Positions 12,669 to 24,663 are shown, counted from the stretch's first letter. The stretch: DNA of 64,000 nt from Okamejei kenojei (GCA_035221665.1 CM069163.1:7130001-7194000); one strand, 5' to 3'. The notes: generated by a model not told the origin, from the sequence alone. Numbers and translations: made by a program.

Positions 12669-13262
12669 AGGGCCTGTCCCACTGAGGCGATTTTATTCAG
12701 CGATTGTCATAGTCGTAGCAGGTCGCCAAAAAAGCAGCGACTGGACCCCCCCCCCCCATGACAAAGTCTACGACAAGCTACAACAACCTACCACCTAGTT
12801 GACGTCAATCTACTGCAAGCTACCAACAACCGGCGACCCATTAGGACGTCCACCTACGGCCAATCTACGACCACACAGGCGACAACCTACGACAACCAAA
12901 GTCAACTTAGGTCCACCCGCGACAAGCAATGATCCTGTCAGCGACAAATGAGGACAACTGAAGTCAATTCAGTCGCCGGTTGACGTAGATAGTCACCAAT
13001 GGAATTCACCGACTTCAGCACCCGGCGACAATCAATGTCTCCTGGCGACAACCTGCGTCATCCTGGCGACAACCTACGACAGAAAAAGACAAGCTATGTC
13101 AAGCCCACAGTCGCCAAAAAGTTTTGAACATTTCAAAAACCAGCGGCGACCAGAAAAACTTTACCACTCTTTAGGCGACTTGAGGAGACCACTCACGACC
13201 ATGTAGCGACAGCCTAGTTCGCCTGTGGTCGCCGAAAAAATCGCCCAAGTGGGACAAGGGCT
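12669..13262. mobile_element. Non-autonomous DNA transposon (PIF/Harbinger-like MITE, about 594 bp)
   Basis: About 26-bp imperfect TIRs agggcctgtcccactgaggcgatttt / aaaatcgcccaagtgggacaagggct; TAA on both sides (12666-12668, 13263-13265); many internal cgacaac/gtcgcc repeats. Confidence 0.8.
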
Positions 13263-13279
13263 TAAGAGTATGTGTCAAC

Positions 13280-13575
13280 ACATAAGTATGGGGGTGTGAA
13301 GGAAGCGATTGGTTCAGGAGTCTGATAGCAATAGGGAAGAAATTGTTCTTATGTCTGAATGTACAATCTCTCTTCTATATCTTCTCCCAGAAGGTATATA
13401 AGAGCAAGGGGAACGGCTAAGGTGACAGGCATCCTTTATGGTACTTAAAGCCTTCCTGATGCAATGCACTGAGAAGATGGATTGGATGGAAGGAAGTGAC
13501 AAATCTGTGACGGACTGGGCTGTGTTCACCATTCTCTGCAGCTTCAGGCAGTCAAGAGCCGAGCAATTGCCTTAC
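13280..13575 (-). mobile_element. Rex1/Babar LINE RT C-terminal fragment
   Basis: ORF 13314-13532 VNTAQSVTDLSLPSIQSIF...IKDACHL...PSGRRYR, a typical Rex1 ORF end. Confidence 0.8.
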
Positions 13576-13814
13576 AGGCTGAGACTGTCTGCACAAATGA
13601 GGATTACTGAGAAAAATATATTTAATTTTCAGTGTGCAAGGCCACCATATGGCACGAGAAGGTGATGTTTAAGCTTCTGGTGAACATACTCCCAGAATGC
13701 TGCCGGAAAAGGAGGCTCAGTGGCAGTCAAATGTGTGACACTAAAAAACATTGCCAGTATCCAATGAACCATCCACAATTAGTCTGTGAATAAAGAGGGA
13801 AAGAAATGAGTGAA

Positions 13815-13955
13815 GATAGACAGGCACAGAAAATGCTGGAGTAACTCAGCGGGTCAGGCAGCATTTCTGGAGAAAAGGGATAGGTGACGTTTCGGGTCAA
13901 GACTCTTCTTCAGACTAAGAGTCAGGGAAAGAGAAACAAGAGATATTGATGGTAT
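13815..13955 (-). mobile_element. PLE-derived short element with hammerhead-like core on the minus strand
   Basis: Reverse complement reads agtCTGAAGAagagtcttgacccGAAACGTCacc...actccagcattttc. Confidence 0.75.
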
Positions 13956-15029
13956 ATAGAATTGAGCATGTGTGTGCGCGCATTTCTTTGGTTTTGGAAT
14001 GTAACAATGGGCCAAACCCATCAATTGAAAAAAGTATGTTTTTATTTCATCTGCAGTCCTTGCCATAGGTTCTCAAAAATAACTGCTCTAATGAAATGGT
14101 CATCGATAGTTATTATTCATCAGCTTTATAGATGTCACCATTACAGAAGACTACATGCCTGCAATTGATGAACGTTTTTCAGCCCAATGTACACAGTCAG
14201 AAATGGAGGTTAGAGGCATCGGCAACAAAAAAAAGAGTAAATTGCTCTCATGAATAAAAACAATGTTCATGAATAAAATAGTACATGCAGTTTAAATAAA
14301 CATACAGTCAAGTATTTCATAAGAGCACCCTGTATCTTCGAGCCTTCATTTATCTTCATTTTTGCTTCCCCCTAGTCCAAATATAATTGGCTAGAAATAC
14401 TTCGGAGGTCAGTGGCGCTAAATGCACTATATAGTTACAGCGGCGCATTGTACTTTACCTCCAAAATGTATTCATTTACAACTGCCGAATTTTTCAGAAC
14501 GTTCCAATCTAGTTGTTGAGCCCAGCTAAATAAGCGCAGGTACAACACATTACCACACAAAATTCAACAAATTTTAACTGCCGGAATTTGGTGTCCATGG
14601 TTTATTTTGTGAACATCAAAACATACTTTGTTACCTAATAAGAGGCAGCAATTTTCTGCCACTCAAGTATCACTACACAATTTGAACTGAGGGTGGTGGA
14701 TAGATGGTGTACAATCTCATATTTGATTTTTTAAAGAGTCTTTCATGGTTGTTGCTTGATTCCATTTTAGAAAAAAATATATTAAGACGCTAGTGTCGAT
14801 GAAAAGGGGGAACATTTCTGCTGAATATTTCATGCCATATTCCCATTTGAAAATATAGCTAACAATTTATTTAATGTGTGAATCCCGCAGATATGTAAAA
14901 AGGATCCTAAGTTATGCACCTTGACAAATGTCACCCACTATATCTGTCCCCAATGAATTATGGTTCTTGGTTCCAACCAAAGTGCTTGAAGTCAACCTGG
15001 ATGATGATATTGAATTGCTGTCTTGATAG

Positions 15030-15670
15030 TAACATAGAAAATAGGTGTACTAGGCCATTCAGCCCTTCGAGGTGATTATGGTTAATCATCCTAAATCAGT
15101 ACCCGATTCCTGCTTTCTCCCTAATCCCTTGATTTTGTTTCCCTATCTAACTCTCTTGAAAACATCCAGTGAATTGGTCTCCACTGCCTTCTATTACAGA
15201 GAATTCCACAGATTCACAACTCTCTGGGTGAAAAGTTTTTTCCTCATCTCAGTCCTAAATGGCCTACCCTTTATTCTTAAGCTGTGACCCCTGGTTCTGG
15301 ACCCAACATCAATATGTTATTTTCCTGCATCTAACCTGTCCAATCCCTTAATAATTTTATATGTTTCTATAAGAACCCCTCTCCTCCTAAATTCCAGTGA
15401 ATATAAGCCCAGTTGACGCATTCTTAAATCATATGTTAGTCCCACCATCCCGGGAATTAACCTGGAGAAGCTACACTGCACTCCCACAATAGCAAAAATG
15501 TCCTTCTCAAATTAGGAGACCAAAACTGCACACAATACTCCAGGTGTGGTCTCACCAGGGTCATGTACAACTGCAGTAGGGCCTCTTGCTCCTACACTCA
15601 AATACTCTCGCTATGAAGGCCACTCTGCTTTCTTCACTGCCAGCTGTACCTGCATGCTTACTTTCAGCAA
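15030..15670 (-). mobile_element. CR1 LINE 3' fragment (same subfamily as 1933-2948)
   Basis: Colinear similarity, e.g. agagaattccacagattcacaactctctgggtgaaaag and aaaactgcacacaatactccaggtgtggtctc. Confidence 0.88.
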
Positions 15671-16619
15671 CATCTCAATTGTTACAATGAGGCAAGTTGT
15701 AAAAGCATCAACATTTCTGAATGAGTAGGATATTTTCAACTGAAACCATTAATGCGACACCACGCAAAACATGGGTTACATGTACCAAATAGGAGTTGGA
15801 TTTGCCGATTAGTCAAATACAAGTGGAAGTACGTGGCTATATATCTTAAAAAAGTACTTTTCACAAGGTGAAAAGCATACTAGAAAAGATTGAATGAGTT
15901 ACAGTTGCATAAATTTGTGGAAACTAGCTAAAAAAAACAAAGATCATGTAATGAGACAAGATCAATTGCATGTGGGATGCCAATGATAAATGTGTAATCC
16001 TTGATGCTAATGCCAAAAATAGTACCAAAGGATCTGCAAAAAATATGAATGATACTGTTATAATTACGACATGCACAGATCGATTTAAAAAATATCTGCA
16101 CCAACAGTGGGGACCCTTTAATGCAAAATAGACATAACCTTAACCATCATGTAAGAGATAACTGTTTAATTTGAGTAAAAACATTTACATGGCGACAAAG
16201 AAAAAATTATGGTGCATTAATTGATAGCAGAGTTTGTTTTAAATTGATGCCTGAACGTATTGGTTTTGTAATGATGACCATTTCTTACAACATGTACTGA
16301 AATAGATGCAGTAACCTGAAGCAATGACAGACTGAGATCAGTACCAATGATTTTTTCATTACATGACATTTAGGGAAAGGAGTTTTTCAGATTAAAAATA
16401 TCCTTTAAGATGGCAATTATAAAAATGTACGTTAATGGGTCCAATGAAGCCCTCCGGCTTTTATTCCAGTTAAATCTTCACACTTCCTATGGTTGCTAGG
16501 TAACATTTCATTTACGGTGGCACGTGAAGTTTACACAACCAAGCAGGTTGATGAGAACTGTAATAAGGTTTACTTTAATGAAATACTCTGAGTGGGCTGC
16601 TGCACCCACCACAGGGCTC

Positions 16620-18250
16620 TAAGGATCGAAGTTCAAAGGATATAAAATGAGACAAAGTTGGCAAAAATGTAAAAACAGATAGTAAGAAATTCCATAGATA
16701 TTCTAAAAATAAGAATTATCAAAGTGTGCATTGGTCCTTGAGAAAGTGAGTTTGTGGAATTGATAATAAAAATAGCGATGAATTAAAACTACATTTTGTA
16801 CCGGTCTTCATTATAGAGGAAACAAGTAGCATCCCGGTTAAAGCTGTAAATCGGGAATTGGAAGGCAGAGAAATTCGTGACAATACAATCACCAGGGAGG
16901 TGGCTTTAAGATGGCATGTTCTAGACTCCTGAAGGACTTCATCTAAAAGCCTTAAAAGAAGTTGATGTGATAGTTAGAACGCTGTTTTTTTCCCCTCAAA
17001 ATTCCCTAGAAACAGGTAATATTCTTCTAAAGTAGCATTATTCAAAAATGGACAGGAACACATGACAGTAAACTACAGACTAGATGCCTTAGTAGTTGAA
17101 GCAGGGAAAATGCGGTTATCATTAATGATGTGGCAGCAAAGCACTTGAACAATTCAGGCTAATCAGGCAAAGTAAATATAGTTTTGTGACAGGGAAATCA
17201 TATTTGATCAGTTTATTGGTGTTCTTTGAAGTATTAATGTTCTGTGGATAAAGGAAAGGATGAATTTACTAAGATTTCTGAATTTGTTGCTGGCACCATG
17301 ATGGACAGGGAAGAAAGTTATAAAAAAAGACAAAGGTATATAGGGAAATAAGTAGGTTATGAATTGGCAGAGATCTGGCAAATGGTGTGTAATGTGGGGG
17401 GTGGGAGATTGCAACCTTCACGTGGTCCGCCCTGTTTCGACGAATGCAATCAATCTGGTGTGCACAATCAAGTATGATCAAATAGAACAAGATGTCCTCC
17501 AACTTTAGGCTGTGCACGCCATACGCAAGAAGAAGTGTGTAATGTGGGAAAATGTGAAGCTATATGGAAAAGGCATCCCAGTGCATGATTTGTGAAAGGT
17601 TAATATACAGACCGGGCAAGTAATAGAATGTTTTTTTTAATTGTAAGGGGCATTAAATACATCAGTTACCTGATGCACTGGTAAAACCACATCTGGAGAA
17701 GTGGATACAGTATTGATCTCCACATTTCAGTAAGTTTGTAAATCTGTTGGACGCACATATCAAAGTCCGTGCACAGATGTCATTGTAAGAATTTCTCCAG
17801 AAAGTGACTAGGTTTGTGGTGTAATAGTTTATATTCTTACCTTCAATATGTTTTATACAATACATTCATTTCAATGTAGGTGGATTAGAATTATACCTGG
17901 AAGGAGCAGATTAATTTATGAGAAAAGGTGGGATGGGCTAGGTTGACATTTAGTAGAATTTTAATTAAAAGGATGTTTCTTGAACTACAAATCGCTGCTT
18001 TACATTAGGGGTTACCCATTTACTGTAGAGATGAGGCAAATACTTTTGTTTCTGAAGGTGATCAATCATTAGATCTCTCGTCCTCAAAGGATGGTCGAAG
18101 CCGTGTCTTTGAATATTTGAAGGCAGAGGTAAATAGATTTTCAATAAGAAAAGGGGTGAAAGGTGTCTGGATGGGTAGGTTACAAATTAAGAGGAACAGT
18201 GATTTTACTGAGCAGCCAAGTGGCCTGCTCCTGCTCTTAATTCTTGTGTT
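16620..18250 (+). mobile_element. Old, heavily decayed CR1 LINE (ORF2 3' half)
   Basis: Remnants aaactacagactag (NYRP), cagggaaatcatatttgatc (GKSC), gcactggtaaaaccacatctggagaagtg (LVRPHLE) and the 3' stem ccaagtggcctgctcctgctc. Confidence 0.7.
17399..17534 (+). mobile_element. 136-bp short retroposon with (AAG)n tail and 14-bp TSD
   Basis: Flanked by gtgtgtaatgtggg at 17385-17398 and 17535-17548; ends ccatacgcaagaagaa. Confidence 0.85.
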
Positions 18251-18619
18251 GACATGGTATCAGATTTGATCTTGTGTGGGGAAGTTAGAAAAACATAATT
18301 TCAGTTGGATTTCCTGCCACTACTGACAACCATATTCCAGGCTTCGACTAACTGTGGTGTAAACATAAAGTATAAATTGAAACATTAATCTGTTAGATTA
18401 CTTTGTTGGGAAGGGCTTTCATATGTAAACAAAATATTTTTGTATTAGATTGACATAGTTTAATCATTAATACAGATGCAGATAACTAATTAGCCCATCT
18501 TCACTCGGGTATATAAAATTTCAAACAATTGTAAGTTGCTGATTTGTTCTACTCTAGTGATGATGCCAATACCAACAGCTCCAACACCAGACTGGGCAAC
18601 TCAACACTGATCACAACAG

Positions 18620-19186
18620 GATAGAGTCAGAGGGCAAAGAAACAGGCCCTTCAGCCCAAAGTGCCCAAGCCAATCAGGATGCCCCATCTACACTAGTCCT
18701 ACCTGCCTGATTTTGGCACATATTCCTCTAAACCTTTCTATCCATGTACCTGTCCAATGGGTTTTAAATGTTGCTATAGTATCTGCTCAACCATCTGCTC
18801 TGGCAGCTCATTCCATATACCCACCACCCTCTGTGTGAAAAGGTTGCCCTTTAGGTGCCTATTATATCTTTCTCCCTTCAACTTAAACCTATGTCTCCTG
18901 GTTCTCGATTCCCCTATTCTGAGTAAAACACTCAGTGCATTTACCTTATCTATTTCCCTCATGATATTATGCACCTCAATAAGATCACCCCTCATCCTCT
19001 CTAAAGGAATAAACTCTTAGCCTGCCCGAACTCTCCCTATAGCTCAGGCCCTCAAGTCCTGGCAGCATCCTCGTAAATCTTCTCTGCACTCTTTCCAGTT
19101 TAACAACATCCTGTCTCTAACAGGGTGACCAAAACTGAACACAATACTCCAAATGCAGAATCACCAACGTCTTGTACAACTGTCAC
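18620..19186 (-). mobile_element. CR1 (HER1-like) LINE 3' fragment
   Basis: ORF 18774-18995 RGDLIEVHNIMREID...TRRHRFKLKGERY...FTQRVVGIWNELP; 3' tail shared with HE1-like SINEs. Confidence 0.88.
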
Positions 19187-19321
19187 ATCCCCGATACAGA
19201 CTAACACTGCAACTTTATCCTCAAATTGTCCATGTTCCACCAATCTAATGATCAAGAGATTCAATTCCACCTACCAGGCATGAGCTACAATATTATAGCT
19301 TGATTTTCACCAACTTAAAAC

Positions 19322-19425
19322 ATTCCAAAGCAAATTAAAAGTCAATTAAGTATTTTGAAGTGATATCACTGTCGCAGGTTAGAAAAGCCGGTTGCTCATT
19401 TTGATACAACAAACTCCCATAAATA
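19322..19425 (-). mobile_element. Deu-domain SINE (SacSINE1/AmnSINE1-related) 3' remnant
   Basis: Reverse complement tttatgggagtttgttgtatcaaaatgagcaacc...acagtgatatcacttcaaaatactt...gctttggaat resembles the recalled Deu-domain end. Confidence 0.55.
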
Positions 19426-19879
19426 CTTCGTATCCTTAAGATTTCCTCCATTCAAATAATAAGGTGTTATTAGCCCAGGAAATGGAGACTGTTGCTTTCT
19501 TTTTATCCTATCTTTCCTTTCTTTAGGATTCTAATTATGTCAGCATATTAATAGATGAGAAAATAATCACAATCAGAAACAAAGCAAAGAGGCCATTGAA
19601 AATGCTGAATATAACACCCACAAAATTGTTTTTAAGGAAAAAAGGAAAGCATGATATAAATCCCAAATTCTAATTACATAAATATACTACCTAGCAGTGG
19701 CCATGTCAGAACAAAGATTAGCATCACTGAAGAGTGAATGAATTCTTCAAACTAGTTTTTCTCTGTTTTTCCCTAGAAGTCATCATCTGCCATTTCAGCT
19801 CAGGAATCAGATGCGGTCATTTAGTGAGATTAATCATACACAAGTGTCAGCTTAATTCAGCCAAGGCTCTCCAGCCTTG

Positions 19880-20075
19880 CGGTCAGAAGATAATCAAGAC
19901 TAACAGTGCAGTAGTGTCCTGCATTGTTGGAGGTGACATCTTTAACTCAGATGTCTAAGTGTGGCTCTGTCTGCCTGTTTGGATTCATGTAAAAGATCTC
20001 CCGAACAATATTTATCCTTTTACCAATACCACAAAAATAATTTGACTGCTTATTTATTTAATTGACGTTTACAGC
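19880..20075 (+). mobile_element. Deu-domain SINE remnant
   Basis: cagtgcagtag...tgcattgttggaggtgacatcttt...tgtctgcc...tgtaaaagatctc...atttatcc...accaataccac resembles the recalled Deu-SINE core. Confidence 0.6.
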
Positions 20076-20085
20076 ATTTTCCATG

Positions 20086-20474
20086 GCATAGGCCGCTGAA
20101 TGTGCCCACATAATAGGAATGACAACTCTTTATGCGTGTATTATGGTCGGATAGTCGGCGATTAAACCGTCTCCCCCACCTGGTTTGCCGGGTGAGGAAC
20201 GGGCTGTGGATCCCCAGCAGGACCAAAGACAAGACCTGTCAAAGGGCGGATGAGCTTCTAGTGAGTCATCCACACTTCAGTAGAAGTTGCGCTCACTGTC
20301 GTACATAGCATTGTAAGGAATGATGATAAAGCACACACACCAAAATCCTATACTCCCAGTGGCGGAAGTCCGCAGGAACTGAAGGACAGAGATGTGTGGC
20401 GCGTCCGTCACTGTTCCCGTTGGAAACTGGCACCAATGCGTCGCTAATGTTTTCAACGATGATGAATGAATGAA
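20086..20474 (+). mobile_element. Probable non-autonomous RTE-related retroposon with (TGA)n/(TGAA)n tail
   Basis: CpG-rich about 390-bp block; ends gacagagatgtgtggcgcg (RTE DRxxWR-like) ... gatgatgaatgaatgaat. Confidence 0.55.
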
Positions 20475-20814
20475 TTACATGGTTGTACATTATTTTGGGA
20501 CATTATGATTCTAAATATTCAATATCATCGTATTTCTTTCCAAGGATATATTTAGAACGCAAGTTCAGCTGCCTGCTCAACACTGGCCTATTATGACCAT
20601 AGTTTCCAGGTTTAATTTGTGGCCAGGGCAACATTAACCATTTTAAATTTACCATTAACCTCAGCATTTAGATTAACCAGTTAGTGAACAATATCAGAAA
20701 TCATTCGATTTTTGAAAGAATTTGGTCAAACACTCTGTTATAGAACACTGTTGCCTTGGACTTAGCCTTATCATCCACTATTATTGCATACAGACATGCT
20801 GACATAGTCCAACA

Positions 20815-21170
20815 AAAGCCCCTCACCTGTATCCATCTATCACCTCTCAGATGGACACAAAATGCTGGAGTAACTCAGCAGATCAGTAAGCATCTCTGGA
20901 TAGAAGGAATGGGTGATGTTTCGGAGAAGGGTCCCGAGCTAAAACATCACCCATTTCTTCTATCCAGAGATGCCGCCTGTCCCGCTGAATTACTCCAGCT
21001 ATTTTTTTCCACCTTCACCAGTCAGGCTTTGTCCCATCCCCACCTCTCCTTTCCAGCTTTCTTCCCCCAACTATAATACGGCTGAAGAAGGGTCCCGATC
21101 TAAAAGGTGCCAGTCTATTCCCTGCACCGATGCTGCCTGAGAAAACAAGTTCCTCCAGCACTCTGCGTTA
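20815..21170. mobile_element. Nested PLE-terminus elements: a fold-back copy (about 20849-21016) inside an older plus-strand copy
   Basis: Inverted gacacaaaatgctggagtaactcagc.../...gctgaattactccagc, then a pyrimidine tract plus gCTGAAGAagggtcccga. Confidence 0.7.
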
Positions 21171-21726
21171 GGCTAACATGGCCATTGCTCTCTACAAACC
21201 TCTGATTTCCCAAGCCTCATTGGAAAATAATGCAAACAAAGGCATGGCTTTTTTTCTATGAAGCAGTGAAACCTATTTGTAGAGATAAGAATAGCCTTTT
21301 TTCCCGCAGCCAGGAATCAAAGTTTCTCACTCCTTCTCTTTGCTTGTTTTACTTGCACTTCCAAATTTACAATAGTTGATACACATTTGCATACAGTAGT
21401 GTACACAAGAGGTGCTGGGGCAACATCTGCAGAAACAATGGTTTGATTTCTTTGTTCAGAAGTTGGCAGGAAAAAACTGCAGCTGGAGACTATTGTTCCA
21501 GGAAAGCACCGTTCCAGTTTGTTCAAATTCAAAATCAGTTGGTGATAATTAAACTGTACAGCGCTTTATGGATTTCAGCTGCATTCAGAGCGGGTCCATT
21601 TCTCACTATATAATATAATGAAGATATTATCAAAGCAAAGCTGCAGAGAATGTGCACAACAAATCCTTTCGGTCACATTATCACATACTTCAGTGCAACG
21701 CTTAAAACTAATTTTATTAATGTTCA

Positions 21727-22005
<279 letters not shown>

Positions 22006-22345
22006 TCATGCAAAAAGCGGTAACTTAAGGACACCAACTAGCATCCAACTAAATTATTTTGAAATCAGCAGTGAAGCAAGTGCTCATCGATCTATTACAC
22101 ATCAGCCTCAAAGGACATCAACTGTGGAATCGCAGAATCATAGGAGTAGTGACATGTGTCGGGCCAAGATGTGTGGCTGTGCTTATTTTACACTCAAGAG
22201 GCGTGGAATAAATCTTATATGACAACAGCATTGAACCCAACAAAGATTTAGAAATGCAAACACCACAATTGTGTAGATTCAAGCAACTGCAGTATGACTA
22301 CACTAACCAACTAAATGAAAGTCTGCTGAGGAAGAAAATAACCTA

Positions 22346-22580
22346 AGATAGACATAAAATGCTGGAGTAACTCAGCGGGACAGGCAGCATCCCTGGAAAG
22401 AAGGAATGGGTGACACTTTGTGTCACGACCCTTCTTCAGATTGAGTTACTCCAGCATGTATCGACCAGAAGTATCACGCATTCCTGCTCTCCAGAGAAGC
22501 TGCCTGTCCCACTGAGTTACTCCAGCATTTTGTGTCTATCTTTGGTTTAAACCAGCATCTGCAGTTCCTTCCTACACAAC
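22346..22580. mobile_element. Fold-back PLE-derived element with 11-bp TSD
   Basis: aaaataaccta at 22335-22345 and 22581-22591; inverted arms agatagacataaaatgctggagtaactcag / ctgagttactccagcattttgtgtctatct. Confidence 0.85.
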
Positions 22581-22859
22581 AAAATAACCTACTCAGGGGC
22601 AAGCAAGTTGCAACCATGGCATTAAAATACAAGCTGTAATGAAGTACATGGGAAGAAATCCATCTGTGGTCATTAGCGCTGAATGCATTTGAGAAGTGGG
22701 TGCCTGTTCTACTTACAGTTGGTTACTCAATTGCAATATCTCCACTGGTGGTCAATATTCTCGCATGCTTTGGCACTAACACCAAGGATGAATTTCTCTC
22801 TTATTGTGTTATTTACAGCTACATTCTTCTGTGGTAGTAGTATCTTTTTTAAAGACAAC

Positions 22860-23541
22860 TAGTAGACTCCAATTCCTGTACAGATGTTGTTTTAGTCTGG
22901 ATACATAACAACACATTGATAACATGTTCTTTATTCCTTCATCAGTGGAGTTTAACAAACAGCTTAACGTTAATATTACCAACGATCTGTGGTGTTTTAA
23001 CCGCATTGATGTGACAGGCAAGGAGGCACATCATGCCTCTAGAACGAGAGTAAGGAAAATCAACATGTTTCCAATGACTCTTAGCAAACTTGTGCAAATT
23101 CACCACATAAAGCATACTGTCAGGTTGCATTACAGCTTGGTTTGCAAAAGCTCTGCCCAAGACCGCAAGAAATTGCAGAGTTGCGGATGCAGCCCAGTCC
23201 ATCACACGGACCAGATTTCTCTCCATTAACTCCACCTACACTTCACATATCCTCGGAAAAGCAGCCAAGATAATCAAAGACTCGTCCCACCCCGGTCATT
23301 CCTTCTTCTCCCTGCTCCCGTCCGGAAGACTATCCGATTCAACTCAACTCCATTGCGGATGTTGGACACTGTCCATAGAATAGATGCGCTACAACGCAAA
23401 TAACTAAATCCTGCACTCTGTATCTTCCCCTTTGCCCTATCTATTGTACTCGAGTTAACTTGATTGTAATTTTATGTACGGTATTATCTGATGTTTTATA
23501 GCATGCAAAACAAAGCCTTTCACGTGACAGTAATAAACCTA
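22860..23541 (+). mobile_element. Rex1/Babar LINE 3' fragment
   Basis: Remnant peptides ILSGCITAWF, SSAQDRKKLQ, KAAKIIKDSSHPGHSFFSLLPSGR; tail gtgacagtaataaacct. Confidence 0.8.
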
Positions 23542-23764
23542 GGATAGGCAAACAAATTGAATCTGGTATTATCACCTCAAAACTGAAGAGCAAAACTTGG
23601 AATACAACCAAAGTTATATCGTGAGATAATGACCACTGCAAAATGGCACCAGCTACAAAAACAGTTTAAAACACAGCCTTCACATTGATACTAAACAATG
23701 CAAATACCAACATTTAAAGAAATGTCATAAGCCAATGACACAAAGCTCTTAAATTTGAAAGATT

Positions 23765-24312
23765 CTGATATGTATTTAAGATTATGAGAAGCATGGACAA
23801 GATATATAGGGGCAATTGCATGATTGGGGTAGCAAAACAAAAGGCCAAGGTTTAAGATTAGAGGAAGGAGTTTTAAAGAGGTTCTGAGGGATAAGTTCTT
23901 TCTTCACAGATGTGCTTAATATGATGCCAAAATACGGCGACTGTGCATTTGTGGGTTGTGCAATAGAATTTCACTCCACTCTGTACCTTCCCCTTTGCCC
24001 GATTGTACCTATTTTACTCGAGTTAACTTGATAGTATTTTTCTGTACAGTATTATCTGATGTTATATAGCATGCAAAACAAAGCATGCGGGACAATTAAA
24101 AAAACATTGAACATTAATATCTGGGACACTGCCAGAGGAGATGGTGGAATTTGGCACAATTACTATGTTTAAAAAGCATTTAGATGTCATGTATACAGCC
24201 ACGGCATTGAAGGAAACGGTTAATGCAGGCAAATGGGATCAATGTAAATCAGCAAAGAGGTTGGCAGGGACATGGTGGTCCGAATGGCCTGTTTCTGTGT
24301 GATATGACTCAA
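23765..24312 (+). mobile_element. CR1 3' fragment containing an insertion at 23923-24113
   Basis: gtatttaagattatgagaagcatggac...ggtttaagattagagg...ctgccagaggagatggtgga...aatggcctgtttctgtg. Confidence 0.75.
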
Positions 24313-24332
24313 ATGACTCATTTAATTAAATA

Positions 24333-24493
24333 GGTGAGGCAGCATCTATGGAGAGAAGGAATAGGCGACGTTTCGGGTCTCAACCCGAAACGTCGCCTAT
24401 TCTTTCTCTCCATAGATGCTGCCTCACCCGTTGAGTTTCTCCAGCATTTTTGTCTACCTTCGATTTTTCCAGCATCTGCAGTTCTTTCTTAAC
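24333..24493. mobile_element. Fold-back PLE-derived element (46-bp arms) with 14-bp TSD
   Basis: catttaattaaata at 24319-24332 and 24494-24507; arms 24333-24378 and 24383-24428 match at 45/46. Confidence 0.9.
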
Positions 24494-24663
24494 CATTTAA
24501 TTAAATATGTGTGCACTTATTTAAATGCGCATGACATCAAATCTCTCTTTATCCCGCTGTGCAAAATATAATGTAGCCATTGTTAATCTACTGTTGAAGA
24601 TCAAATTGCACACCTATTTTAATATGCCTGCACCCTGGCCAAAATAGAAATCCTGAAACATTG

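Noticed and set aside
12760-13100. Recurrent cgacaacctacgac motifs suggesting a CRISPR-like array
   Set aside because: Irregular spacing, degenerate short units, eukaryotic context and enclosure by TIRs indicate MITE internal repeats.
14395-14620. CpG-containing patch with repeated aactgccg(g)aattt
   Set aside because: Possibly an old DNA transposon piece, but no TIR or TSD could be found to support a call.
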